From the human T2T-CHM13v2.0 reference genome, Homo sapiens: a DNA stretch of 64,000 bases. The position numbers were made by a program, and so were the translations under genes. Every line of letters begins with the position of its first letter. Position 1 is the first letter of the stretch. Shown here piece by piece: positions 11,561-27,905 of the stretch. The stretch is taken from the NCBI RefSeq assembly GCF_009914755.1, contig NC_060928.1; one strand, written 5' to 3'. Under the pieces are notes generated by a model. The model was not told the DNA's origin. It was given only the letters and a program-made list of their open reading frames with translations, and made no database searches.

Positions 11561-11626
11561 CATATATATACATTCTATATGTATGTATCTATACATATAT
11601 ATACATTCTATATGTATGTATCTATA
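11561..11626. repeat. perfect 33-bp tandem duplication
   Basis: CATATATATACATTCTATATGTATGTATCTATA occurs twice. Confidence 0.9.
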
Positions 11627-12289
11627 AATGCTATGTAGTAGAAATTTATGATATCACTTAAAGCATGGCTAATTTATTTTCTAGTTTGCCTTACTTACCC
11701 AGATATTAAGTTTTTTAATGTTTTATAAATATTGATCTCTGGAAAAATTGTAGCTTAATTTTTCAAGGCATAATATATACAATTATTGATTAGCAATAGT
11801 TTTTAAGTTCATATTTCAGAAAGTCATTTTCTTAATTTTATGATATAGAGAAAACTCTTTTCAGATCTAGTGAGCTTATTTTAAAAACTATAGTGTAATT
11901 AATAAAAAATATTTTGAAAAATTAGTAAAGCAGACAGTTTGGTTATTATTTTCCCACTAATCCTTTATAATATCAGTATCATCCTTCTATGGTTACTTTA
12001 TAAGAATATTTTGGTTTTTTTGTTCACTATTGTGGATTAGTTTAGTGAAAATTAAAATATCCTATAGATCTATTTTTTGGTGAAAAATTTACACTGAAAT
12101 GTGTCACCATACAATGAAAGCCAACAAATAAAGGGGAGTCCTCACATATTTTTCATGACATCTTGTTGATTGGAACAAACTATCTTCTGATATATGCAAA
12201 CAAAAAATGTATTTCCATTCATGCTTCTCCATTCCTGCCATCAATATTTTTTCAATAAATAATATTTCAGCAATGTTCTTGAATCACTG

Positions 12290-13459
12290 TGTATTAGTAT
12301 GTTCTCCCATTGCTATAAAAAACTACCTGAGACTGGGAAATACTCATACATACATGTACATATGTGTGTATATACATACACATATACATATGTGTGTACA
12401 CATATACATATGTGTGTATATATATACACACATATACAAATGTGTATACACATATACATGTGTGTATAAACATATACATATGTGTGTATACACATATACA
12501 TGTGTGTATACACATATACATATGTGTATACACATATACATATGTGTGTATATATACATATGTGTGTATATATATACACATATACATATGTGTATACACA
12601 TACATATGTGTATACACATATACATATGTGTATACACATATACATATGTGTATACACATACGTATGTGTATACACATATACATATGTGTGTATATATATA
12701 CACATACGTATGTGTGTACACATATACATATGTGTATACACATATATGTGTGTATATATACACATATACGTATGTGTATACACATATATGTGTGTATATA
12801 TACACATATATGTATGTGTATACACATATATGTGTGTATATATACACATATACGTATGTGTGTATACACATATACGTATGTGTGTATATATACACATATA
12901 CGTATGTGTGTATACACATACGTATGTGTGTATACACATATACGTATGTGTGTATACACATATACGTGTGTGTGTATACACATATACGTGTGTGTGTATA
13001 CACATATACGTGTGTGTGTATACACATATACGTGTGTGTGTATATATATACACATATACGTATGTGTATACACATATACATATGTGTGACATATACGTAT
13101 GTACATATACGTATGTGTATACACATATACGTATGTGTGTATATATATACACATATACGTATGTGTATACACATATACGTGTGTATATATACACATATAC
13201 GTATGTGTATACACATACACGTATGTGTGTATATATATACACATATACGTATGTGTGTATATATATACACACATACGTGTATGTGTATACACATACACGT
13301 ATGTGTGTACACATACGTATGTGTATACACATACACGTATGTGTGTATACACATATACGTATGTGTATATATATACACATACGTATGTGTGTATATATAC
13401 ATATACGTATGTGTGTATATATACACACATATATATATTATATATATAAAACTATATAT

Positions 13460-13492
<33 letters not shown>

Positions 13493-15832
13493 GTTTTATT
13501 TACCCATAGTTCCACAGGCTGTACAGGAGGCATGGCTGGGGAGGGAGGCTTTAGGAAGCTTACAATCATGGTGGAAGGCAAAAGGGCAGCAAGCATGTCT
13601 TACCATCTTACCATGATGGAGCAGGATACAGAAAGAGAGCAAATGGGAATGTGCTACACACTTTTAAACAACAAGATCTTGTGATAACTAACTACCATGA
13701 CAGTGCTAGGGGATGTTGATAAACCATTAGAAGCTACCCACATGATTCAATACCAGGGTCCACCTCCAACATTGTAGATCACAATTCAACATGAGATTTG
13801 GGTGGGGAGACACAGCCAAACCACATCATTTGACCCCTGGCCCCTGCCAAATTTCATATTTTTATCACATTTCAGAACACAATAATGCCTTCTTAACAGT
13901 TTCCAAAGTCTTAGCTCATTTTGGCATTAACTCAAAACTCTCAGTCTAAAGTCTCATCTGAGACAAGTCTCCTCCACCAATAAGGCTCACAAGTGAGCCT
14001 GTAAAGCAAAAAAGAGATACAGTGGGGCACAGGAATTGGGTAAATGCTTCCATTCAAAAAGGGAAAAATTGGCTAACACAAAAGGGATATAGACCCCATA
14101 CAAGTCCAGAACCCAGCAGGTCAGTCATCAAATATTAAAGCTTCAAAATAATCACCTTTGACTTCATGTTTCACATTCAGGGCTTGCTGATGCAAGCAGT
14201 GGGCTCCCAAGGCCTTTCAGTTCCTCTGCCCCTGTGGCTTTGCAGGGTACAGCCCATGTGGCTGCTTTCATGGGCTGGTATTGAGTGCCTTCAGCTTTTC
14301 CAGGTACACAGTGCAAGCTGTCAGTGGATCTACCATTCTGGGATCTGGAGGATGGTGGCCCTCTTTTCACAGCTCCATGAGGCAGTGCCCCAGTGGGGAC
14401 TCTGTGTGGGGGCTCCAACCCTACCATTCCTTTCTGCAATGTCCTAGTAGAGATTCCCCATGAGGGCTACAGCCCTGAAGAAGACTTCTGCTTGGACACA
14501 GAGGTGTTTTCATACATCCTCTGAAATCCAGGCAGAGACTCCCAAACCTCAACTGTTGCCATTGCAAGCCAAACACCACATGGAAGCTAACAAGGCTTGC
14601 AGCTTGCATCCTCTGAAGCAATGGCCTGAGCTGTACCTTGGCTCCTTTTAGCCATGGCTGGAGTCGAAAGTGGCTAGGACACAGGGCACCATATCTTGAG
14701 GCTTCCAAGAGCAGCATGGCCCTGGGCCTGGCCTACAAAATCATGTTTTCCTTCTAGGCCTCAAGGCCTTTGATGGGAGGGGATGCCACCAAGGTCTCTG
14801 AAACACCCTGGAGGCATATAACCCATTGTCTTGACTGTTAACATACAGCTTCTCTTTACTAATGCAAATTTCAGCAGTTGGCTTGAATTTCTCTTCAGAA
14901 AATGGGTTTTGCTTTTCTACCACATGGTATAGCTGCAAATTTTCCAAGCTTTTATGCTTTGCTTTCCTTTTAGATATAAGTTCCAGTTTCAGATAATCTC
15001 TTTTTTATGCAAATGAGCATAGGCTTTTAGAAGCAGCCAGGCCACATCTTGAATGCTTTCCTGATTAGAAAATTTTTCCATCAGATACCCTAAATCATCT
15101 CTTTCAAGGTCAAAGTTCCACAGATCTCTAGAGCAGGGGCAAAATGCTACCAGTCCCTTTTCTAAAGCATAGCGAGATGACTTTTACTTCAGTTCCCAAT
15201 AAGTTTCTCATCTCTATTTGAGACCGCCTAAGCCTGGACTTCATTGTCTATATCACTATCAGCATTTTGGTTACAAGCCTTCAACAATTCTCTAAGAAGT
15301 TGCAAACTTTTCCTCATCTTCCTGTCTTCTCTGGAGCTCAAACTGTTCCAACCTGTGCCCATTTCCCAGTTCCAAAGTCACTTCCTCATTTTCATGTTTC
15401 TTTAAAGCAATGCCCTACTTCTCTACCATTTTTCTTTATTAGTCTGTTCTCACACTGCTATAAAGAACTCCTGAGACTGGGTAATTTATGAAGAAAAATA
15501 TGTTTAATTGACTCACAGTTCCATAGGCTGTACAGGATGCATGGCTGGGAGGCCTCAGGAAACATACAATCATGGCAGAAGGTGAGGGCACGCAAGCACG
15601 TCTTACCATGGCAGCACAAGAAAGAAAAAGAGTGAAGGGGGACGTGCTACAGACTTTTAAACAACCAGATCTTGTGAGAACTCACTCACAAGACAGCACT
15701 AGGGGGATGTGTTAAACCATTAGAAACCATCCCCATGATCCAACCACCTCCCACCAGGTGGTCCCACCTCCAACACTGGAGATCACAATTTAACATGAGA
15801 TTTGGGTGTGGGCACAGTGCCAAACCATATCA
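12290..15832 (-). mobile_element. complete MaLR provirus (MSTA-like): LTRs 12290-13828 and 15435-15832, internal region 13829-15434
   Basis: Both LTRs run T(G/T)TATTAGT..CCAAACCA(C/T)ATCA on the plus strand with MST-int between them. Perfect 5-bp TSD CACTG (12285-12289, 15833-15837). Confidence 0.9.
12343..13492. repeat. about 1.15-kb TA/CA/TG/CG alternating minisatellite inside the MSTA LTR
   Basis: Variable units of about 20-30 bp such as TATACACATATACATATGTG and TATACACATATACGTATGTGTG. Confidence 0.97.
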
Positions 15833-16603
15833 CACTGCTGTAGATAATGAGACATTTTGCTTATTAAACAATTTTGATTCCAGATAATTCAATAGTTCTA
15901 AATTTACTATACGTATCTGAGTAAAATGTAAATATAAGTCAGACACTCATATGAGATTTTACTATTACAATTAGTTTGATTCAATTTTTAACCAAATGAA
16001 ATAAGAAAACCAGGCAAAAACACCAATTTCATTTGATTTAAGCATATAAGCATATTTTTTACCCAAAATGTTAATTGTTTAACTGTAATTCAGAAAACTT
16101 TTAGATATAGCAGAAACAAATAATTAAAATAGTTTAATTAAACCTTGGATAATATAACACCTAAAGAACTTCCCTGGACTTAGACTACTTCATAAATATA
16201 GAATAGACAAAGTAATTAATTTGGGGAGACTTATTTTCATGTTTCTTTTATTCCTTTGTTGGCTTAATTTAATTATAGTAAATAATTGTTTAACCTGAAG
16301 AAAAAATAGTTACAGGTGGTTTCTCTTTACATGCTGGAATGTAACAGTAAATGAAATACAAAATAGAATGCTATTTTCTATTAGCATTAATAGAAATGCT
16401 ATTTCTAGCATTTTGTATCTTTAACTATAAGTTTTGCTGTTTTACGTTTTCAACTTTCATTTTGGTTTCATTGTTTGCTGTATTTGTTGCTATTTTGTTT
16501 TGAGTGTCAGCAAAATCTCTTTGGGATCTTGCTGACCAAAGCAGAATTAAGAAACCACACAAGCCACCTAGTTAAGCATTTAAAATCCAAGTATCAATGT
16601 TCG

Positions 16604-16621
16604 TAGCAACGGAAGTTGCTA
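16604..16621. promoter_or_regulatory. palindrome with RFX-like half-sites around an ETS core
   Basis: TAGCAAC-GGAA-GTTGCTA; contains CGGAAGT. Confidence 0.35.
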
Positions 16622-16686
16622 AATGAGCTAAAAAGACGTGTAAGTTATCTTCTAAATTACTGAACTTCTCATTTTCTCTACACAGA

Positions 16687-16705
16687 CAACCACTAGGTGG
16701 CGTCT
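16687..16705 (+). promoter_or_regulatory. candidate CTCF binding site
   Basis: CAACCACTAGGTGGCGTCT closely matches the CTCF core CCAC(C/T)AG(G/A)(G/T)GGC(G/A). Confidence 0.6.
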
Positions 16706-17498
16706 GCCCACTGATATTCTGATGTATCTTGCAGATACACAGGAAGCCAACACACGAATTGTTCCTTGAGAAGTGGATCAATGATGTGATGGTTTGGAGG
16801 GTCCAGTTTTTATACTTGCTATGAGGCTTGATATTTCTAATGTACTTCACATTCTCTTGTTGCAAAATACACTCTTTGGGTTCAATTATTACTCTGGAAT
16901 ATTCCCACAACCCCTGTGTTCTTATCTGTCCTATGCAATGTGGCAAAATGCTTATCCAGGTGACTAATATTTACTTTTCAGAGCATTAAAAAAATGTTAA
17001 AAGTCAAATAAATTTATTTCAAAACAATTTTCGTTTAAGGACAATGGCAAACATTAGTTAAAAGATCAGTTAAAAAGATAAGAAATCCCTTATATATTTT
17101 AAAGTTTATATTCCAAACTTCCCTAAAGTTTTGAAAAAAATAGGCCTTTTTCATATCTTGAAAATTATAGGTATCCAGGTGCTTAAATTTATTTAAACTT
17201 GAATTAAATACAATTATTCTAATTACAAAGCATATTGTTTTGCATCAGTATTTATAACACATTACCTTATTTTTTTAATGATTAATACTATCAAAACTTC
17301 CCTTGAATGAAGATCATATCATTTTCCATATATCTATTTGTTTACATTTCTATCTATCTACCTATTTCTCTATCTATCTATTCATCGGTTTCTATTGGCA
17401 GATAATAGGTTTATATATCAAAGCTAGAGTATTAAAATTAGTGATTTGTGTTTTAATTTTGTAAGCTTCACATACCTGTTTTATTTTACGAAATATCA

Positions 17499-18177
<679 letters not shown>

Positions 18178-18317
18178 ATATGGTAGTTATTTTGAGAATT
18201 CAATGAATACTATCACTTTACTGAGAAAGAACTGATTATAAGGCCAGGACTTGGAGATATATTACAGTCTGGATAAGGAAGTATGATCACTTAACAAGTA
18301 GAAAGTATTTGATCGTC

Positions 18318-18733
18318 TGATATAATTTGGATGCCTCTTCCAAATCTCATGTTGAGATGTAATCCCCAGTGTTGGAGATGGGGCCCAGTAGGTTGTGTTT
18401 GAATTATGAGGGTAAATTCCTCATGAACGGCTATTTAGGCCATCCCCTTGGTGATAAGTGAGCTCTTTCTCTGAGTTTAAGGAAGTTCTGGTTATTAAGC
18501 AGTGTGTGGTCCCTCCCCACCCATTCTCTTTCTTGCTCTATTCTCATTGTATGATAGGTTTGCTCTGTCTTTGCCTTCTGCCATAATTGGAAGCTTCCTG
18601 AGACCTCCCCAGAAGCAGATGCCACTATGCTTCTTGTACAGCCTGCAAAACGATGAGCCAATTAAGCCTCTTTTCTTATAAATTACTTAGTCACAGGTAT
18701 TTCTTTATAACAATGCAAGAACGGCCTAACACA
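18318..18733 (+). mobile_element. MaLR solo LTR (MSTB-like)
   Basis: TGATATAATTTGGATG..CCTAACACA; perfect TSD TCGTC. Confidence 0.88.
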
Positions 18734-21700
18734 TCGTCTACATGAGAGTGTAAGTCAATGACTTTAAATTTGGTCTTTTTTAACATCTTTTTTTTTTCAG
18801 TAATTCTACATCATTTTATATTGGTTATCATAATACTTCTTAAAATTGTTTAAGAAAATTAGGAAATTTGATTACTGGCTATTTTGAGGCATGCTTTTTT
18901 ATAGTTAGTAGCATAGAATTATGAAAACCTGAAATGCAATTGCGATGACCTTGAAAAGGATGTGTGTTCTGTGATTTTTTTATGTATGTATGAATGTATA
19001 TATGCATGGATGGATGAATGGAGAGATGAATGAAAAGACAGATAGTTAGATAAGTGGATTTATTTTCTGAACTCCTTTACTAAAGAAGTCTTATTTAAAG
19101 AACTGCAGAAATCTTTTTTGAAACACTTTTTCATACAAATCATTATGATTTTCCTAGGAATTTAGTTTATTCTGCTTTTTGTTATTTTGTGAACATTTGT
19201 GTATGCAGAACTCTTTCCTCCTGTGTGATGTAAAGCATATATGCTGAAGTTTCAAGAGGTGATAAATGTATTGGCTATTAAATCAAGAATTTCTAATGTA
19301 ATGCTTTAATAAATACTATAGTACATATGCGGTTATGATTAGTTGCCCTAGATTTATGCTAAATGACTTACTTTTATTATTCTTTATACGAAAGCAGATT
19401 TTCCTAAACCATGACTGCATGAAATAGAAAAAAAACATATAGTGTTGTCATATAGTGTTTGTTTTGCAAATCTGAAATTAAAGCAAAGCAGATTTAGGTA
19501 TTATAAACACATACTTTTTAATCGATATTAAAAACTCACCTTTATTATTATTATTATTATTTTGCGATTTGAAAATTGGTGACTCGCTTTTTCTATTGTT
19601 TGCTAAATGTTACTTATTTTAAAATATGCAAATATAGATTGCTTATCTAATTTTATTAAATGCATAGGTTAAATATACATTTGCAGTATTAAATACACAT
19701 TTGTAATTAAAATATTTATGGGACTATCATTAAAAAAAAGGACAAAAAGTGAGGTAGATTTTATTTCCAGAGTTACAAAAACTACCCATAATTAAGTTGT
19801 ATCAAGTGTTTATTATAGGCTTGAAAATCCACAAAGTGCTTTTCAGTAAATTATAAAAAAAAATATAATATTTGAAATACTTTGCATTCTTACATTTACT
19901 TTATAAAAATGAAAATAGAAACCAAGAGATTTAAGGAAGTTGGCATCCCATTGCTTATTTTTGAGTGAGACTTGGATTTGATCTAAAGCATTTGGACACC
20001 AGAGCCCCAAAGGCCTGACTTTCACAAGGAAGGGCTGGGAAACATCAAAAAATTAATTCTTCATGCAACCTAGTCTAACTCTAATATTAAGGGTGTGTGT
20101 CACTCCTCAAATTCTTGTTCTCGGACTGGAAGAAATTATTTTTGGCTGCTTTCTCTTATTCCCTGAACTATATTTTTTTATTATTTGGATGCATAGTGAA
20201 GGTTCTTTGATGCTCTATTATGAATCTAGAATAATTTTCCTTGGGATAATAATTATCAAAGCATGGGATATGTTAGTATTTAAAATTATGCTTTTCTTCC
20301 ACAAAAGAAAATGAAGATGGGATTGGGTTAAGCAGGGTATTTGAAGTCACAGTCTTGATCTATACAAAATCAAAAGAATCAAAACCAGAAGTTTTGACAA
20401 CACACACACACATACACACACACATGCACACATACTAACACAAACATACCTAAATCTACAGAAAACCGATTACATTTACCTTAGAATGTATGCAGTTTTG
20501 CATTTATTAAGAATTTCCAGAAGAAAAATTTGTAAGAAAAGTCTAAATTATTATCATGTTGATGTATCTTTTGGCTAGGAAAAACAGATCAAAAATCTAC
20601 TGTACAATTACAAAGGGAATTCATGAAGACATGCCCAGATGCTAATACAAAATACTATATTATTTAATAATCAACACTTAAATATACATGGTAGAAAAAT
20701 ATGATTAATTAAAGAAGAGAATCTGGATAAGTTAAGCTTAAGACAGTTTAAGAATAGTAACTGCAATGAGGGTACATGTGAAGGCATTGTTACAAGGTAA
20801 TAGTAAGTCTGACTATAAAGACTATAATTTATGGGAATAGAATTTGGGAGATCATATTTTCCAAATCGTATGCCCTATCATTTGTACTGTCATAATTCAA
20901 CACCCAACAGCAGTGACTTTATCTTTCCACAAATCTACAAGTAGTAAGTTATCATACATACAACATGGAATGTTGATCTTAGACTACATTTTCCCTTGTA
21001 TGTTTACACAGTACAGTGAAACAGAGCTATCTGTTTGTTTTTAAGCAACTCCTTTAGATAACACAGAGAGTCTCATCACATATGACCATCTTGCTGAACT
21101 AACAATGAGATAAATACCATGATCAATATTTGACAATATGCAAATGCAGCAAATGGAACTAGATTCTATGTTGCCAACTGTGTAGGTCTGATGGCAAAAG
21201 AAACTATCTTTGTACCTACATTAAAGACAGCATGAGAACTTGCGTTGTCATAATTTAGTTTGTATTATATTTTGACTAAAGCTTTTATTAAGATTTCTGA
21301 CAATTTAAATAAATGCTAATGGTGATGCGTAGCTATATTCTGTTGTCATATAAGGAAATTTCCTCATAAGGGAAAATTTAGAATTGCAAATAGCATGCTT
21401 TATCAAATATCTACTTATTATGATCTTGAAGAGATTACTCATCTGGGAAGTTTTAGAATGAGACGAAATGACTTCACACTACATTTAAAAGCTGAGTTTC
21501 TGTCAGTTGGGGAAATACTCCCTTTTCTGGAGGTGTCTTTGAAAGCTAATAGAGTAGATGTAATAGATTAGAAACCCAAGATAGACAGTACTACTGTTCT
21601 ACAAACTTCCAGTGCCTACCTTTTTTTTCTTTTCTACTTGAAAATAAAGTTTCAACCCTCATGCACAAGTTTAGCTTAAAATATGTCAAACATATTTCAG

Positions 21701-22188
21701 TTGCACAACTATTTTAAATCCTGTCCTCCCATGGAGGCATGAGATCCCTTGTAAACAATTTAAATTCCTTTGCATAATTCCAACAGGGAGTAATGATTGG
21801 AGAAGGGCCTTGTATATCTTCTTAACCAGGTGAAACAAGGAATTCCTTGCAAGAGAATTTTTATTAAAGTTAATAGATTCTAGCAGCTATTAGTAGAGTG
21901 AGTTGTCAAAAGTATTTGATATGATCTTATTCAGCAAGCATCCATGGAGGAGATGTATCTCAGGTAGAAAGCAGTTCTAAGTTTGGGGTTGTTAGTAATC
22001 TTATGAGGTACTTCCTGAGAAGGGGGTTTCAATCTTTAAAAGTGATACAGCTTAAGATACCTTATAAAGGCCTATTATTGGTAATTACTTGTATTTTCAT
22101 TTTATCTAAATGTCATAGAGGAAGAAGCCAAGAACATTATGAGCCTATGTTGTATTGGTTTTGTTTGTTTGTTAATAAATCCTGAATG

Positions 22189-22495
<307 letters not shown>

Positions 22496-24949
22496 TTATA
22501 TTATTATTATTTTATGTTTTCACAGTTTTCACCTGACATGATTTTTAAAATCTCAACTCTTTTTACCAGTGGTTCACCACCTGGCAGTGATGATCATTAA
22601 GAAAAACATACTGATTTATTTTCTTATCTAAAGTATGCAGTGGCAATAGAATTTACCGTATATAATACAATAAAATCATTTAAATATGTTTAACTGCTTT
22701 CCAGTAGACTTATTCAAAGACTGACTTCTGGGTCAAAGTTTTTATTTTCAGACAACAAATGCATACCCAGTAGTTTAGGCAGTAAAGGGTTTGTTGAGCA
22801 ATGCTTGGAAGTTCACAGATTATTTGGATGAGCAGGAGCAACAAAATTTCTGGGAAGTTTTTACCAATGAACATTAGATGTCAGATGACCTGTGGTGAAA
22901 GAAAACTTAGGTTACCAAGCCCTTGCGTATACTTTATATTTGACACCAAAGAAACATTTTTTACCAGCATTGAACAAGCCTAAAGAAGCTGGTCTCAATC
23001 TGACTGCTTCTACAAGAAAGATACCATATCAGGCATGCTCTCCACAATAGAGCTCTTTTTCCCCCCTAGTTAACAAAGATCTTCTAGGTTATTTGTTAAG
23101 TTGATCCGTGGGATAAATGAATAATCAACTACTAGCAAAGAGCTCTGAGAGTGTAGCTATTTGGCTTGCCACTTCTGACCTGCTGTCTAATCTGACAAGC
23201 ATACAATACCTTCTTGTATCTGTTTGCTAAGTGACTCTATCTGGCTTTACTCCATGCATTTGGGGGTCCATTGCAGAATCTCTCACTTCCATCCCTATTT
23301 TCCCGAGGACAGTTGATACAGAGGTTTTCCAGATTGTTGCTGTTTTCCTCACTAGTGCAATTTTCCTTTCCTTTCCTTTCCTGAAGGGAATGTTCTCAGA
23401 CACATCTCCAGGGATATAATTAAAGAATAGTGAATGATTCACACATTTTTTCAACTTACATATCTCCTAGCATTTGGATTACTTCTCTATATAATTTATC
23501 ATAATTTATGACATCTCAAATATTTTAGAATAAGCCAACATTAAGTACCAATCAACATTGTCTACCAATCAAATGAACAATTGCTATCATTCCCATCTGT
23601 TTCAGCTGTCTCTGATTATGTGTGTACATCTAGCATAAGTTTCTCTACTATAGATTTATTGTAATTCAGTTCTTTATAGGACCATAATCTTATTTCTTTC
23701 TACATCTTTTCATGGCTACAAAGAAAAATGTAATTCTTCCAAAGCAGTCTAGAGATTGCACAGTTCTTGGATTCTCCTTTTGTATAAGAACATAAAATGG
23801 CAGGCTTGAAATTGTCTTTCTTTAAGGTTTTCATAGCAGTTATATGTACTCAACCAGCTTATTCATTCTTATAATCTTTTTGACCAGAGTCATAATTTAT
23901 AACAGCAAGTATTCATTCCACAAAATGGATTGCCTTGCTTTCAGTAGAAACATCAGGGTGATCCTTTATCTGTGAAAATTTAAAACAGGTGGAAAAATAC
24001 TTCACTTACCATGTGGTAAAAACTATAAGAATTATAACTTTTGATGCTAATTTGGATATAACTTCTTCCAAAATTAACCAGATTTCTACTTTTCTCAAAG
24101 TCTTTTTGTCTGAAACCAGTCTTGGTACTTTTTATTTACCAACATAATTGGTTTCAGATACTAAAATTAGCTGTTTTAAACAGGAAGGAATTTTCTAAAA
24201 TGAGATTAAAACAAATTATAAACTAATTCACAAAACTTTTGGCAGAGCTTAAAGAAAGTACCTGGCTGCATTTCTAGGGTGCCATCGAAGGTTGAGCTGT
24301 TGTTTAATGCTTGAGATATTTATAGACAGAATCACTTTGCCTTACCAGAGTCAGGAGGCTGCTGTTACTTCCGTTAATCAAGAACCGTGCTTTTCCTATT
24401 GCTATTTGTGCAGTTACCTCATTTTTCATTTCTTATTGCTTCTGTCTGAAATAAAATCTCATACTGATACATATAATCATTTGTTTAAAAAGGTTTTTCA
24501 TGGTAATGAATAGCAAATGCTCACTCTAACATCTATCCAAAAAATACATAAACAATACATATAATTGAATACTTATACAACCAACAATCATGCAATAGTT
24601 GTTTCCATTTACTTTGGCATGTTAAATATAACAAATATTTTTATGTCCAGGAAAGGAAACAGAGAGCTGGCCAGGTTGCCATAATGCTATTTAACAAGCT
24701 TCACTGTGGGATCTGTAGATATGACACATTAAAGCATAGCAACAATTTCTGTAAAATCTTGAGAAAAATAAGCTATTAAAAGGTGTGTTTGCGTGTATAC
24801 TCTCTATGTATTTCATTTCAGTGTTTGGTATCATACTACTACCACAAGTTCACCCTCTTACGCTGAGGAAAAAAAATGAAGTTTGAACATCTCTCCAACA
24901 TTTCCTTTAATTTGAGATGAGTGTAAAATGATTTTTTTCAAATGAGGTC

Positions 24950-25370
24950 ATGGGTAACCTGGTACTGCATCCCTGGAAAAAATGAAAGTGATTGGATTGG
25001 TTTCATGCACTTAACTTAAGCATGGCTAAAGATTGGAAAGAGAAGTTGTTGGATTATTTTTTATGGAAAAAGCTTTTTAAGTGACCTGACTCCATAGGGA
25101 GGTGTTTTTACAGGCTATTTGCTTTTTCTCCTTTATCATGTGAATACAGAAAATAGGCCAGGAGCTGCAGTGATCATCTTGTACTCAAGAACAAGATATT
25201 ACTATATGTTTGGAATGACAAGCTAAGAATGGGTGATAAATTGCTCAGGACATTGTTTGCACACAAGTTCCAGGTTGCTTAAGCTTGAACTTACTTTAGA
25301 GAAATGAAAAAAAAATCAATATATTTTTAAGCCAGAGATTTCCAGTTCTCTGCTGCTAAGGCTGAATTTT
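24950..25370 (+). mobile_element. old MLT1-type LTR
   Basis: GGAGCTGCAGTGATCATCTTG..TTTAAGCCA..GCTGAA resembles the MLT1J/K 3' half. Confidence 0.45.
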
Positions 25371-25404
25371 ATATTTAAAGTAAATTTTTAAAAAAAGTAT
25401 ATAG

Positions 25405-25692
25405 GGCCAGGTGTGGTGGCTCATTCCTGTAATCCTAGCACTTTGGAAGCGAAGGATCGTGCAAGTCCAGGTGTTCGAGACCAGTCTAGCAACGTGGCAA
25501 AACCAGTCTCTACAAAAAATGCAAAAATTAGCCGGGTATGGTGATGGTCGCCTGCAGTCCCAGCTACAAACAGTGCTGAGGTGGGAAGATCACCTGAGCC
25601 CGGGAGATTGAGGCTGGGGTGAGCCTGGATTGTGCCACTGCACTATGGCCTGAGTAACACAGTGAGACTGTCAAAAAAAAGAAAAAAAAAAA
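25405..25692 (+). mobile_element. AluJ
   Basis: Diverged dimer with AluJ-type GATCACCTGAGCCCGGGAGATTGAGGCTG. Confidence 0.88.
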
Positions 25693-26184
25693 GCAATCTC
25701 CACACTTAGAATGAAACCAGTAATTGTTTTGTAATTTTGTTTTATTTTATTCTCTTTCTTTTTTATTTTTCACTCTCATGTTGAAAGTGGAAGCTATGGA
25801 AGCACAGAGCATTTTTCATTTCATTTTCTCCTCCCCTTGCATCTTCAAGTTTACTTTAATTCAGCACCTCAGGGTTATTAATCATTTTTTATTTCTTCTG
25901 TTTAAAAGATAATGAGAAGAGAAATATCTTTGGGCTTTTTTGTTTCAACAATCAGCTAAGCTTTTGAACATATTGGAGCTTGAACTTTCCATGAAGTAAA
26001 GTATTTAACGGAATTTAAATGGTCTAATTAAAGAGAGTTATTTGGCATTTTCCAGAGCAGATGAATTTCAGTTATACGAGTATTTCCAAGAAGTCTGGAC
26101 TGTATGAAGTGCAAACCACATATCTGTTGTTGTTTCTTTTTTCCTCCTTTTCATTCTTTCTTTTTTCTTTCAACCTCATCTACC

Positions 26185-27905
<1,721 letters not shown>

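Noticed and set aside
12343-13492. CRISPR-like array
   Set aside because: There are no unique spacers and no cas genes, and the context is mammalian; this is a simple minisatellite.
12207-13684. Long ORFs (up to 428 aa) on both strands, rich in Y/T/H/I/C/V/M
   Set aside because: Artefact of the alternating purine-pyrimidine VNTR, which cannot contain TAA, TAG or TGA.
14164-15491. Short ORFs in the MaLR internal regions (also 41363-42196)
   Set aside because: Fragments of decayed MST/THE1 internal sequence, not host genes.
16363-16412. Small quasi-palindromic duplication (ATAGAATGCTATTTTCTA..TAGCATT twice)
   Set aside because: Short and AT-rich; compatible with ordinary slippage.
16572-16959. 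124-aa minus-strand ORF and a possible plus-strand exon (acceptor TTTTCTCTACACAG at 16685, donor CAG|GTGACT near 16959)
   Set aside because: The ORF has a non-ATG start and no recognisable homology. Splice-like motifs alone are common; transcript data would be needed.
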